Virus record (IMG/VR): IMGVR_UViG_3300044613_003178
DNA from: a virus
Strand: one strand, 5' to 3'
Length of the DNA: 64,000 nt
Part shown: positions 7,989 to 16,866 of the stretch, one piece after another
How the letters are laid out: each line of letters starts with the position of its first letter
How positions within the stretch are numbered: position 1 is the first letter of the stretch
Program-made: the position numbers and the translations under genes
Notes under the pieces: generated by a model
Seen by the model: the letters and a program-made list of their open reading frames with translations, nothing else
What the model was told of the DNA's origin: nothing
The model's database searches: none

Positions 7989-10352
7989 ATGGCTACCAAT
8001 ATGCCCACACTTCCCACCGTGTCCAACATGGACGAAACCCTCTCGCACACTAGCCGCACACGCGACGCTGTTGCCCGTCTGATGGCGACGGAGAACATCA
8101 CGGTGATGCACGATCCTTCGATGGAGACTGCTACCTTCGACACCGCTTCGCGTACTCTCACGCTGCCCGTTTGGAAGGGCTGCACGAATGAAGTGTACGA
8201 TATGCTCGTCGCACACGAAGTCGGTCACGCTCTTTACACTCCCGAGGGCAGCAAGCGTCTGATCGAAGCGATCAAGTTCATCGACCCTCGCCGTCCGCAG
8301 TTCAGCAAGATGCTGCTGAACATCTGCGAGGATGCCCGCATCGAACGCTTCGTGAAGAACAAGTATCCGGGCGTTGGTCGCTCGTTCGCCAAGGGCTACG
8401 AGTGGATGATGGGCAAGGACTTCTTCGGCGTTGCCGGTAAGGACATCCGCACCCTCAACCTGCCTGATCGTGTGAACCTGCACTTCAAGCCGGGTCTGTA
8501 CGGTCATGTCTCTGTTCCGTTCAACGCTGCCGAGCAGGCGGTGGTCGATCAGGTCGCTGCTGCTAACACCTTCGATCAGATGATTGCCGCTGCGAAGGCG
8601 CTCTACGATCTCACCGAGAAGCAGAAGCAGGAGAAGGAGCAGGAGCAGCGGTACGAGCAGCAGATGAAGGAGGACCCCAACGGTCAGGGTCAGGGTCAGC
8701 AGGGCGAGGACGGCGAGAGTCAGGACGGCAACGGTCAGAGCAGCAAGTCTGGCAAGAGCGATCCCAACGGCGAGCAGGGCAATGCTTCGTCGGGTTCCAA
8801 TCCGTCGAGCGGTAATGAGCAGAGTGCGCCCGACTTCGGTGCAGGTACGCAGCAGGAGATGGAGAAGTCGCTGCGTAAGATGGTGGACTCTAACTCCATG
8901 CCGCAGTCGATGGTGACGCTGCCGGATCAGGACATGGCGAAGATCGTGTATCCGTTCAAGTCCGTGGTGCAGGACATCGCCGCTTTCGAGCGGGCGCTGG
9001 CAGCCGCTTGTGCGAAGGCGAACACTCCCGTCGATATCGCCCGTGGTGGCGAGAACATCGAAGCGCGACTCACGAAGTTTCAGCGTGAGAACCGTGCTGC
9101 GATCCTCACGATGGTGCGTCGCTTTGAGATGAAGATGAACGCCGATGTCGCTCGTCGTACTTCGGAGTCGCGTTCGGGTGTCATCAATATGAGTCGCATT
9201 CACTCGTACAAGTTGATTGACGACATCTTCCTCACGAACACCGAGGTCGCTGCTGGCAAGAACCACGGCGTGGTGTTCTACCTCGATTGGAGCAGCAGCA
9301 TGAACTACACTCTGCACAACACGGTGAAGCAGTTGCTCAACATGACGGAGTTCTGCAAGGCGCTGAACATTCCGTTCGATGTGTACGCTTTCACCACGAA
9401 CCCGATTGCCAATGTCGGCAAGAAGGGTGATCGTTGGGGCAGCGACATGGACAAGATGTACCCCAACCTGTCGAAGGACCCCAACGGCATGGCGCTCTCG
9501 TCATCTTTCTCGCTGCTGCACTTCCTGTCGAGCAGCATGAACAAGCGTGAGTACCGTTCTGCTGCTGCGTTCCTGTTGGAGTTCTCGGCGTTTCAGTCGG
9601 GTTCGCTCGGTGGCAATGCGAACAGTCGGTGGACTGGCAACACATACTACGATTCTCTGCATCAGACTGTGCAGCACTTCATGCTCGACGGTACTCCGCT
9701 CGACAACACGGTGGTGTCTGCGTTCAAGATCGTGCCCGCGTTCAAGGCGAAGCACAATCTTCAGGTGGTCACTTGCTGCATCCTCACCGATGGTGAGGCG
9801 CATTCGGATTGCCTGAATCGCAAGTCTCACTACATGGCGAAGAACGGTGGCTATCAGACCGGCAAGGCGATTCTCACTCTCAACGGCAAGCGTTATGCTA
9901 CTGCCGATGGCAAGGTTGTCAAGGGTCGCAGCGTTCAGTCGTGGTGCTTCCTCATGGAAGTGCTGAAGAATGCCTACGGTGTGAACACTATGGGCATCTT
10001 CCTCGCCGCAGGTGGTACTGCTCGACTCGGCACTTATGTCACGAACTACTTTGAGGAGTCGTTCGGTGCGTCGTGGAAGTCGAACCCCACCGTGGTCGCC
10101 AGTCACGATCAGTGCATGGCGATGCTGAAGTCTGATGACTTCTGCGCCGTGCCTCGTGCTGGCTTCGACAAGTTCCTCGTCATTCGTGCGGACAATGAGA
10201 TCGTCAACGCGACCGACGCTCTCGACAAGGTGGACGCTGGCGACGCTCGCGCCGCTGGCAACGCTTTCCGCAAGGGTATGGAGAAGCGACTTGTTTCTCG
10301 CAACCTGCTGACGGTGATCGCAGACACCTGCTCGACCTGCGTGGGCATCTGA
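7989..10352 (+). CDS. CobT-like protein: N-terminal HExxH metallopeptidase-like domain, Q/G/E/S-rich linker, C-terminal VWA domain
   Basis: LVAHEVGHALYTP, NICEDARIE, MIDAS-like DWSSSM...GTP...LTDGE. Confidence 0.9.
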   Translation: MATNMPTLPTVSNMDETLSHTSRTRDAVARLMATENITVMHDPSMETATFDTASRTLTLPVWKGCTNEVYDMLVAHEVGHALYTPEGSKRLIEAIKFIDPRRPQFSKMLLNICEDARIERFVKNKYPGVGRSFAKGYEWMMGKDFFGVAGKDIRTLNLPDRVNLHFKPGLYGHVSVPFNAAEQAVVDQVAAANTFDQMIAAAKALYDLTEKQKQEKEQEQRYEQQMKEDPNGQGQGQQGEDGESQDGNGQSSKSGKSDPNGEQGNASSGSNPSSGNEQSAPDFGAGTQQEMEKSLRKMVDSNSMPQSMVTLPDQDMAKIVYPFKSVVQDIAAFERALAAACAKANTPVDIARGGENIEARLTKFQRENRAAILTMVRRFEMKMNADVARRTSESRSGVINMSRIHSYKLIDDIFLTNTEVAAGKNHGVVFYLDWSSSMNYTLHNTVKQLLNMTEFCKALNIPFDVYAFTTNPIANVGKKGDRWGSDMDKMYPNLSKDPNGMALSSSFSLLHFLSSSMNKREYRSAAAFLLEFSAFQSGSLGGNANSRWTGNTYYDSLHQTVQHFMLDGTPLDNTVVSAFKIVPAFKAKHNLQVVTCCILTDGEAHSDCLNRKSHYMAKNGGYQTGKAILTLNGKRYATADGKVVKGRSVQSWCFLMEVLKNAYGVNTMGIFLAAGGTARLGTYVTNYFEESFGASWKSNPTVVASHDQCMAMLKSDDFCAVPRAGFDKFLVIRADNEIVNATDALDKVDAGDARAAGNAFRKGMEKRLVSRNLLTVIADTCSTCVGI

Positions 10353-10389
10353 TCGTTTTTCTCACACATTCACGAAAGGAAACTGAAAT

Positions 10390-10572
10390 ATGAAAACCAA
10401 AACCAAGAAGAAGAAGAAGAATCCCGCAATGACCATTCGCATCGAAGCGAATGATGCGGCGATGGTGGATTTGCAGCATTTCGTGCAGCACTTGACCGAC
10501 ACGCTCGCGTATGACGCAATGTGTTCGATGACCACGCCGTGGTCCATCAAGATCATCAAGAAGGAGAACTGA
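10390..10572 (+). CDS. hypothetical protein with poly-Lys N-terminus
   Basis: RBS AAAGGA. Confidence 0.55.
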   Translation: MKTKTKKKKKNPAMTIRIEANDAAMVDLQHFVQHLTDTLAYDAMCSMTTPWSIKIIKKEN

Positions 10573-10575
10573 ATC

Positions 10576-11040
10576 ATGGGTTACTACACGCACACGGTCG
10601 AAAGCGATGTCCGCATTCCGAAGTCAGGGTTTGCTGCCATCTGTAAGCACCTGCTCGACATTGGATTCGATGATGTGACTGTCAGCAGCAAGATGATGGG
10701 CGGTGGATCGTACAGTCCAGGCGTGGAGGGTAAGACCGCCGCATGGTACTCATGGGTGGACATGGAGAAACTCACCGCTGCCCTGAAGGACGGTGATCTG
10801 CTCGGTGTGTTTCAGTTGTTCTCGTTCGAGACTCCCTGCGACGAGGAAGGCAACATCATCGCCCTCTGCTACGATTGCAAGACCGGCGACGAGGAAGCAC
10901 TCCTGAAGGCAATCTCGCCGTTCATGGAAGATCGGTGCTATGTTCGATTTGAGGGTGAGGACGGTACTCACTACCGATACCATTGGCGGAATCAGGAACT
11001 TCACTACACCGAGGGGCGCGTGGAGTTCCCGCAGATGTGA
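10576..11040 (+). CDS. hypothetical phage protein
   Basis: RBS AAGGAG; C-terminal FEGEDG...YRY pattern common in phage early ORFs. Confidence 0.65.
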   Translation: MGYYTHTVESDVRIPKSGFAAICKHLLDIGFDDVTVSSKMMGGGSYSPGVEGKTAAWYSWVDMEKLTAALKDGDLLGVFQLFSFETPCDEEGNIIALCYDCKTGDEEALLKAISPFMEDRCYVRFEGEDGTHYRYHWRNQELHYTEGRVEFPQM

Positions 11041-11067
11041 GGAAGTGCAAATGGGTTTGGTAGCCCG

Positions 11068-11098
11068 AAGCCAGCAGAGCAATCTGCTGGCTTTTTTT
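11068..11098 (+). terminator. intrinsic terminator
   Basis: AAGCCAGCAGA-gcaa-TCTGCTGGCTT plus U-tract. Confidence 0.85.
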
Positions 11099-11272
11099 GT
11101 TTTTCGATATTTGCATTCGCGCCCGTGCAAAGTATTTCGGGGATCGTTTATATAATCGGCGGCGCGATGGACCACGCGATGGCGTGGAATCTTCGCATAT
11201 GCTAGGAAACTTGCACTTTCCCCACACTTTGGAAACTTGCAGAAACCCGCAGAGGATTCGCAAGAAACGAAA

Positions 11273-11326
11273 GCGGCTGCCAGCGGCGTTATCGGACTCT
11301 GGTTATCGGACGCAAAGTTGCCAGCG
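11273..11326. repeat. second cluster of GYTGCCAGCG / TTATCGGAC repeats
   Basis: Same motifs as 7698-7918. Confidence 0.7.
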
Positions 11327-11391
11327 ATTTTACCACACCGCAATGGACACACTTCGGACACAAATATTGTCCTATAATCTTGTGCTGCCGC

Positions 11392-11419
11392 TTGACTTTA
11401 TCGGTCCTTGTGGTATAAT
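11392..11419 (+). promoter_or_regulatory. near-consensus promoter TTGACT-N16-TATAAT (TGn) facing a convergent gene
   Basis: Read directly. Confidence 0.65.
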
Positions 11420-11501
11420 ACAGGAGTTATGCGTCCGATATGCGTCTGAAACGCATTTGTGTCCGAAATGTGTCCGATGAATAGAAGTGCATATTTATGA
11501 A

Positions 11502-12104
11502 TCAGAAATATGCTTCTAGAAGTTCAAATATCTTCCTCGGGCATGATTTATGCGATTTCGCACGGAAAGTATCGGGCATTTCGCTGATTACTTTACTGCT
11601 TCGATATGGTGATTTCTTATAGTTCCATTTGCGAAGAATCATATTTATATGATGTGAATAAATATACATATTCGCACGCTTGATGTATTTCGACATTTCA
11701 ATATTCAACTTGTATTTCTGAATACATTTCACAGCACGCATTTCTGCATCACGCTCGAACAGCATGACGCGATGAAATGCCTTCACGATGGTCGGATTCA
11801 ACTCACCCTTGCCTGCGTGCAGGTAGTCTTGAACGATACGAGCGGCTTTGTCCTCGCGTTCGGCTAGAGAATCTGAACTGTCAAGCCATTGGAGAAAATG
11901 AGCATACTCGTGTACAAGGGTTTCAAGCCATTGTACACCGCTTTTTCCGACTTTGATGCACTTTGCACCAGCGTCGAAGTAGCCTTCGGCTCTCCAATTC
12001 TCACCGGAGTTTACACGCTTGCCTCTGCCAAGATGTAATGTGAAGCCGTACTCGGCTAGATGATTGCGAACATGAGTCACGAATTGTTTAGTATTCGTCT
12101 TCAT
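11502..12104 (-). CDS. HExxH zinc metallopeptidase-like protein
   Basis: TLVHEYAHFLQW...ERDAE; promoter TTGACT-N17-TATACT at 12113-12141. Confidence 0.7.
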   Translation of the reverse strand: MKTNTKQFVTHVRNHLAEYGFTLHLGRGKRVNSGENWRAEGYFDAGAKCIKVGKSGVQWLETLVHEYAHFLQWLDSSDSLAEREDKAARIVQDYLHAGKGELNPTIVKAFHRVMLFERDAEMRAVKCIQKYKLNIEMSKYIKRANMYIYSHHINMILRKWNYKKSPYRSSKVISEMPDTFRAKSHKSCPRKIFELLEAYF

Positions 12105-12141
12105 ATGCTATAAGTATATAGTGTAACAAGGGTAAAGTCAA

Positions 12142-12307
12142 GTCGAATAGAGAATTTTTATATTTGAATAGAGAATTTTGAATTCGATTAGAGAATTTTT
12201 GTATTTAAATAAAAATCCCCATTTGAATAGAGAAAATGGGGTCGAATAGAGAATTTTCATTTCGACTGGAGAATTTCCGAAATAAATACTTTCGACTGGA
12301 GAATTTT
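12142..12307 (+). repeat. seven direct repeats of about TCGAATAGAGAATTTT (iteron-like)
   Basis: Copies visible at about 12143, 12164, 12184, 12223, 12242, 12262, 12292. Confidence 0.8.
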
Positions 12308-12311
12308 AAAC

Positions 12312-12596
12312 ATGCCTAATTATGAATATTTGTGTCACGCTTGCGGTTATACATTTGAAGAATTCTTTAAAATGGATAATCGCAAAAAACCAGAAAAGAA
12401 ACCATGTCCAAATTGTAAAGAGAAGAAAGTCAAACAGGAATGTTTGACTGCTCCGAATATGGCTATGGATACCAACATGAGAGTTGACAATAAAGCAACT
12501 GGTGGATTCAGAGATGTTATGAATAAGATTGTTGGTGGTCCTTCGATGAAGGGAACCAAGGCTGCAAAAGCAATGAAAGATCGTTACGGTTTATAA
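12312..12596 (+). CDS. FmdB-family zinc-ribbon protein
   Basis: MPNYEYLCHACG...CPNC. Confidence 0.8.
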   Translation: MPNYEYLCHACGYTFEEFFKMDNRKKPEKKPCPNCKEKKVKQECLTAPNMAMDTNMRVDNKATGGFRDVMNKIVGGPSMKGTKAAKAMKDRYGL

Positions 12597-12749
12597 TCAA
12601 CCGATCTTTACTGCTCTCAAAGTAACATCATGTCCCGGTGGATAAATTTTTGGTAGACCAGTACGAGAATATCCTGCTGGTCTATTCTTTCTATTCTTAT
12701 ATCCACCCTTACTGAAACCTTTGCCTTTTGTTTTTCTGCTCTTTGCCAT
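12597..12749 (-). CDS. 50-aa basic micropeptide (MAKSRKTKGKGFSKGG...)
   Basis: Hand-translated; RBS TAAGGA. Confidence 0.5.
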   Translation of the reverse strand: MAKSRKTKGKGFSKGGYKNRKNRPAGYSRTGLPKIYPPGHDVTLRAVKIG

Positions 12750-12758
12750 GATAAATCC

Positions 12759-13553
12759 TTATATCTTTACATTTGCGTCTAGACTAACTACAATTTCATT
12801 TAATCTTTGTCCAGATGTTTTTTCTTTGCCTCTGCCTTTTAATCGTATTCTAGCAGAGGTTCCATCTGCTATAGTTTTTAGTAATTTTTTATCTATCTTT
12901 TTTAATGAGTGTTCGCTTAATATATGATCTGCTGTCAAATCGGCATTTCTGCCAAATTGATAAGATCCAGTTACTGCTTCTTTAATTATTGCTAATTTTA
13001 ATTCTTCCGATTCTGCTTCTATATCAGTTCTAGAACCTAATAATTTTTTTATTTGTGCATCATAAATTTTTGCATTTGCCATTCTTTTGTCTGCCAAACT
13101 TCTTTTCATCTTACCAAGATTGCCATATTCATTTGAAAATTTTGTTAATATTTTTAATGATTCTTCACACAATTTTTTATCTTTACCAGTCTGTTCTGAG
13201 TAATTTTCTATTACCATTGTTAAGAATTCAACAGTTTTACTAACACCTGCAGAAGATAATTGAACATTACCACCATATTTTAAAGAACATTTTATTTTTT
13301 CACCACCAGCAATAAACATTATGTCACACTTTGGTTCTTTACCACCTGACATTTTTTCAACTTTTGTTATTTTTCCATATTGATCGTTTACAAGTTTTAT
13401 TGCATTACCTGCAGCTTTTCTTACAGCAGCAGTAGTGCTTCTATAATTTTTAGCAGCCTCCACAAATGTATCCTTATCTACACCAGATTTTAAATCTTTT
13501 GTAGCAAGATAGAATACAGACCATTCGAAATCTTGACCTTGTTTTTTTGCCAT
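12759..13553 (-). CDS. putative PD-(D/E)XK-fold nuclease-like protein
   Basis: FEW...PKCDI...SLKY pattern; TATAAATA late promoter at 13560-13567. Confidence 0.5.
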   Translation of the reverse strand: MAKKQGQDFEWSVFYLATKDLKSGVDKDTFVEAAKNYRSTTAAVRKAAGNAIKLVNDQYGKITKVEKMSGGKEPKCDIMFIAGGEKIKCSLKYGGNVQLSSAGVSKTVEFLTMVIENYSEQTGKDKKLCEESLKILTKFSNEYGNLGKMKRSLADKRMANAKIYDAQIKKLLGSRTDIEAESEELKLAIIKEAVTGSYQFGRNADLTADHILSEHSLKKIDKKLLKTIADGTSARIRLKGRGKEKTSGQRLNEIVVSLDANVKI

Positions 13554-13589
13554 ATAGTGTATTTATACATACGATATAGGAGAAATACC

Positions 13590-13865
13590 ATGCGTTTCAT
13601 ACCATTAAATTACAAAGAAATAGTAGCAAATACCCCAAATCCACAACCAGAACCAATCGTAGAGCACATCCCACTGGAGGATATGGAAGGTGAGATGGTT
13701 ATCTCTCAATGCAAGACAATTGTTGAAAAAGCAACAGAAATTTTAAAAATGATGAAGCCAGAGACACAATTGGAAGCATGGGTACAATCAAAAATAACCG
13801 TAGCAGATGATTACATTGGTTCTGTCTATGATTATTTAAAATCAAACCCAGGCAGTAAAGAATAA
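13590..13865 (+). CDS. conserved T4-like hypothetical (LEAWVQSKIT family)
   Basis: Motif LEAWVQSKITVADDYIGSVYDYL; RBS AGGAG. Confidence 0.65.
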   Translation: MRFIPLNYKEIVANTPNPQPEPIVEHIPLEDMEGEMVISQCKTIVEKATEILKMMKPETQLEAWVQSKITVADDYIGSVYDYLKSNPGSKE

Positions 13866-13871
13866 TTTTTG

Positions 13872-13879
13872 TATAAATA
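13872..13879 (+). promoter_or_regulatory. T4 late promoter TATAAATA
   Basis: Exact gp55 consensus 5 nt before ATG; further copies at 16195, 17819 (+) and 13560, 59960, 62724 (-). Confidence 0.75.
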
Positions 13880-13884
13880 ATAGC

Positions 13885-14508
13885 ATGGGGAATGGTTCTT
13901 TTAGTCTTCACGAAGACTTTATTAAGGTGTTTGAGAACTGGTCGATTTACTCTGCCATACTTGTTGCATTCAGTGTTGCAACTTGGAAGTATGTTAAAAA
14001 ATACAAAAAACACAAAGATTTCTCTTTTACACAAGTTCATAGTGAAATAAATGAACTTTTAACAGAATTACGACTTGTTACGGACTCTGCACGCACCCAG
14101 ATAATACAACTCCATAATGGTGATTACTTTATGGATGGTGTTTCTATGCGTAAGTTTTCCGTAACACACGAATCATTACAAAGAAGTATAGACTCTTGTG
14201 CAAATAGAATGCATGGAGTTCTTTGTTCATTATTTGTTCCTCTTCTAAATTTAGTTTTAGAAAACAAAGCAACCATTCATTTCACAGTTGATCTGAAAGA
14301 TAGTTACTTCAAACAATTTTTTGAGAGCAGAAACATTCAAGCATTTTCAGTTTTACCAATTTATACAAAGAACATGCTAACTGGTTTCTTATTAACTCAA
14401 TGGTGTAATTTGGAAAAAGCAGAAAATGTAGAACCAGTATTTGTCGAACATCAAATGCAAAAGATGCGTAATTCAATACAAGTTCAACTAGCACTTCAAC
14501 CGAGATAA
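13885..14508 (+). CDS. N-terminal TM + GAF-like domain protein (T4 holin T-like architecture)
   Basis: One TM (about aa 18-35) then DSARTQIIQLHNG...FSVTHE; late promoter. Confidence 0.5.
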   Translation: MGNGSFSLHEDFIKVFENWSIYSAILVAFSVATWKYVKKYKKHKDFSFTQVHSEINELLTELRLVTDSARTQIIQLHNGDYFMDGVSMRKFSVTHESLQRSIDSCANRMHGVLCSLFVPLLNLVLENKATIHFTVDLKDSYFKQFFESRNIQAFSVLPIYTKNMLTGFLLTQWCNLEKAENVEPVFVEHQMQKMRNSIQVQLALQPR

Positions 14509-14511
14509 TAA

Positions 14512-14943
14512 ATGACAGAAGAAAATGACTTTGGTTTTATAGCCTGCACAGAAGAAGAATTGGGAATTGCAGCAAAGTTAGAAGCAAAAGCACCAGTTGC
14601 TCCACCACCAACAGTAAATGTTGATTTAGCACCAGTAAATTCTGCTTTATCAAGAATAGAACAAAAGATGGATAAAGTTCTTGCAATGGAACTTCATGAA
14701 TTATCTACAGCAGTTTCGGAACAAGGTAGTAACTTCGAAACTATTTTAGGTGAGATAGAAGAAAGAGTTGCAGCAGAAAGAAACAACTCGAAAGAAAAGA
14801 TGGTTAAGATTGAAGGCTTAATTATTCCATTGTTGAATAATCTGATGAAAAATCCAGAAAAAGAATATATTAAGTGGCCAAATCGTGTGGAAAAGATTCA
14901 GGCTCAAATACAAAAGATTCTTGAAGTAACAAGATCGGTGTGA
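14512..14943 (+). CDS. conserved T4-like coiled-coil hypothetical
   Basis: DFGF N-terminus and IIPLLNNLMKNPEKEYIKWPNR motif. Confidence 0.65.
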   Translation: MTEENDFGFIACTEEELGIAAKLEAKAPVAPPPTVNVDLAPVNSALSRIEQKMDKVLAMELHELSTAVSEQGSNFETILGEIEERVAAERNNSKEKMVKIEGLIIPLLNNLMKNPEKEYIKWPNRVEKIQAQIQKILEVTRSV

Positions 14944-14976
14944 CTCTGGATACCTTGAAAGTGATTAATTTAAATT

Positions 14977-15606
14977 ATGAGTATATTAAAAAGATTAAGT
15001 ATTACAGAAACAGAATTAACAAAAGTAGCAGACGATAATTCAAACTTGTATTGTATTTTGGAAGGCTATGCCTGTGAAATACATTTTGAAAAAGTTATAA
15101 ATTCAACGCCAAGCATAACACATAACTTTAAACCAGGTGATCAGAATCGAGAACAAAAAGGTGATAGAGTTGTAATTTATAAAGATACTGAAATTTCAAT
15201 TGAAATACGAAATGTTTATAGAAGTAAAAAAATAACAAAAACACAAGATGTGCATGGTACAACAACTTATATTGGGAAGTTCAAAGGATGTTCTTCACAT
15301 TATAAAGATATTATATTTTCTGATGGTAGCAAACTAAACACAACTTATTGTTCTATTAATTCTGGAATAAACATCTATGCAGTTTGCATAGCACCATTCA
15401 CAGATGAATACAAATTCATTTATTGTTTAACTGAAAATTTACCCAGAGCAACAAACTGTAATTTAACAGATTTACAGAAAAATGAAACAATTACTCCATA
15501 TTGCACTATCAAATATCCACCAGAATATCCCTGGACAGATGATATTGAACAAATATTGGAGCAAGTATATTTACAAAAAACAAAACCAAACTTGATAAAT
15601 ACTTGA
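14977..15606 (+). CDS. hypothetical, possible restriction-endonuclease fold
   Basis: GYACE...KGD...IEIRN; very AT-rich. Confidence 0.45.
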   Translation: MSILKRLSITETELTKVADDNSNLYCILEGYACEIHFEKVINSTPSITHNFKPGDQNREQKGDRVVIYKDTEISIEIRNVYRSKKITKTQDVHGTTTYIGKFKGCSSHYKDIIFSDGSKLNTTYCSINSGINIYAVCIAPFTDEYKFIYCLTENLPRATNCNLTDLQKNETITPYCTIKYPPEYPWTDDIEQILEQVYLQKTKPNLINT

Positions 15607-15677
15607 CAGACACTTAAATCATGCTATATTGATAGAAACAAATGTGCTGCGTATGCACATACAATTTAGGAGAATTT

Positions 15678-15866
15678 ATGCAAAACTTTACTAATTTTTG
15701 GACTCGCGTTAAGTCAGGCTCCCTCCGCACTGTTAATGGACTAAAGTGTGCAGGTCTTGGTGTAGCAGAGGTCGTTCATGGTCTACTCAACCTAGTTTGG
15801 TTGGGTTCAGAGCCAGTCGTAAAGACAAAGAGCCGTTCGCGTAAGAAGGCTGTCCGTCGTCGCTGA
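15678..15866 (+). CDS. small hypothetical protein
   Basis: RBS AGGAG; promoter TTGACA-N16-TATATT at 15603-15630. Confidence 0.6.
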   Translation: MQNFTNFWTRVKSGSLRTVNGLKCAGLGVAEVVHGLLNLVWLGSEPVVKTKSRSRKKAVRRR

Positions 15867-15879
15867 ACAGTTGTTCAGA

Positions 15880-15911
15880 AAAAACCCCCGAGAAATCGGG
15901 GGTTTTTGTTT
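15880..15911. terminator. bidirectional intrinsic terminator
   Basis: AAAAACCCCCGA-gaaa-TCGGGGGTTTTT between convergent genes. Confidence 0.85.
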
Positions 15912-16172
15912 TTAGTCTCCGTAATATGGTCCTGAAGATTTATACCATTCCTTATGTTTTGGATGTGGTTCTTTTATGTAATACCCCCTTGATGGTGGTT
16001 CTGACCAAGGGTTATGTTTTGCATGGTAATAACCTTGTTTTTTCAATTTTTCAACATCCTCTGCTTCTTCCTCTTCAGTTATCTCTTGGTATAACTCAGA
16101 AATGAGGTTTACCAATTCCATCTTTTGCTCTTCTAATTCCTTAAGTTCTTTTATTTTATTCAAATAGTTCAT
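15912..16172 (-). CDS. hypothetical protein
   Basis: RBS GGGAG. Confidence 0.55.
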   Translation of the reverse strand: MNYLNKIKELKELEEQKMELVNLISELYQEITEEEEAEDVEKLKKQGYYHAKHNPWSEPPSRGYYIKEPHPKHKEWYKSSGPYYGD

Positions 16173-16240
16173 AGTTTCTCCCCTTTTTCATATGTATAAA
16201 TACATTGTATACAAGTATATTCACATAGAAAGGCTAAACG

Positions 16241-16828
16241 ATGGAAAACGGTAAATCAATTGCAGCACAATCATTCAAGGGCGTAAAATCATCAGAAGAT
16301 GACAAACTAGTTCCAATGACAGGTTCTGGCAAGGAATTCGATGCTCTTGTAACTACCCTAAAGCAAGCAATCAAGGATGGTTTAATTGATAAAGAAAACC
16401 TCCACCGTCTTTCACATGGTCTAGGTGTAAAGGCAGATGAATTGGCAAATATGATCGGTCTTGAGAACAAGGATGAAGTTCATGCTGAAGATCAAGACGA
16501 ATCACCAGAGGTTGCTCCACAAGCACCAGAAGTATATGAACCAAAGGCATTCAAAGACTTCAGAGCAGAAACTCAAAATAGACTTCCAGTTCAAGAACAA
16601 ATGTCTTCTCAACAAATAAATCAAATTAGAGCAGATATGAGAAGAAGCGGTGCATCTTCAAGTGAAATAAATGCAAGAGTAAATGAATTAAGAAGACTTT
16701 CTAGAAGTTCTGGAAGTAGAACAAGTGTTGCTGCAGCAGGAAGAAATACTGCATCACAATTAACAAATGTAATGCATGATCCAATGATACAAAGAAGAAT
16801 GAAAATGCTAAGACAAAAGGGAATGTAA
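16241..16828 (+). CDS. late hypothetical, possible internal head protein
   Basis: TATAAATA at 16195; internal KAFKDFRAE. Confidence 0.55.
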   Translation: MENGKSIAAQSFKGVKSSEDDKLVPMTGSGKEFDALVTTLKQAIKDGLIDKENLHRLSHGLGVKADELANMIGLENKDEVHAEDQDESPEVAPQAPEVYEPKAFKDFRAETQNRLPVQEQMSSQQINQIRADMRRSGASSSEINARVNELRRLSRSSGSRTSVAAAGRNTASQLTNVMHDPMIQRRMKMLRQKGM

Positions 16829-16866
16829 TTCCTTGACTTTTGCTAGATTTCTGCTAATATAACCAC

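Noticed and set aside
7857-9317. 486-aa - strand ORF (and 9501-10106)
   Set aside because: Antisense shadows of the peptidase-VWA gene
6134-10352. Cobalamin biosynthesis (cobS/cobT) feeding the B12-dependent NrdJ
   Set aside because: No cobN in the window; the phage family is a generic MoxR/VWA pair and the partner has a peptidase motif
1-11500. Host chromosome flank or prophage junction explaining the GC shift
   Set aside because: The GC-rich block has phage-type early genes, no housekeeping genes or integrase, and shares promoter style with the core; chimerism cannot be fully excluded without reads
12142-12307. CRISPR array
   Set aside because: Repeats about 16 bp, degenerate, separated mostly by only a few bases; no cas genes
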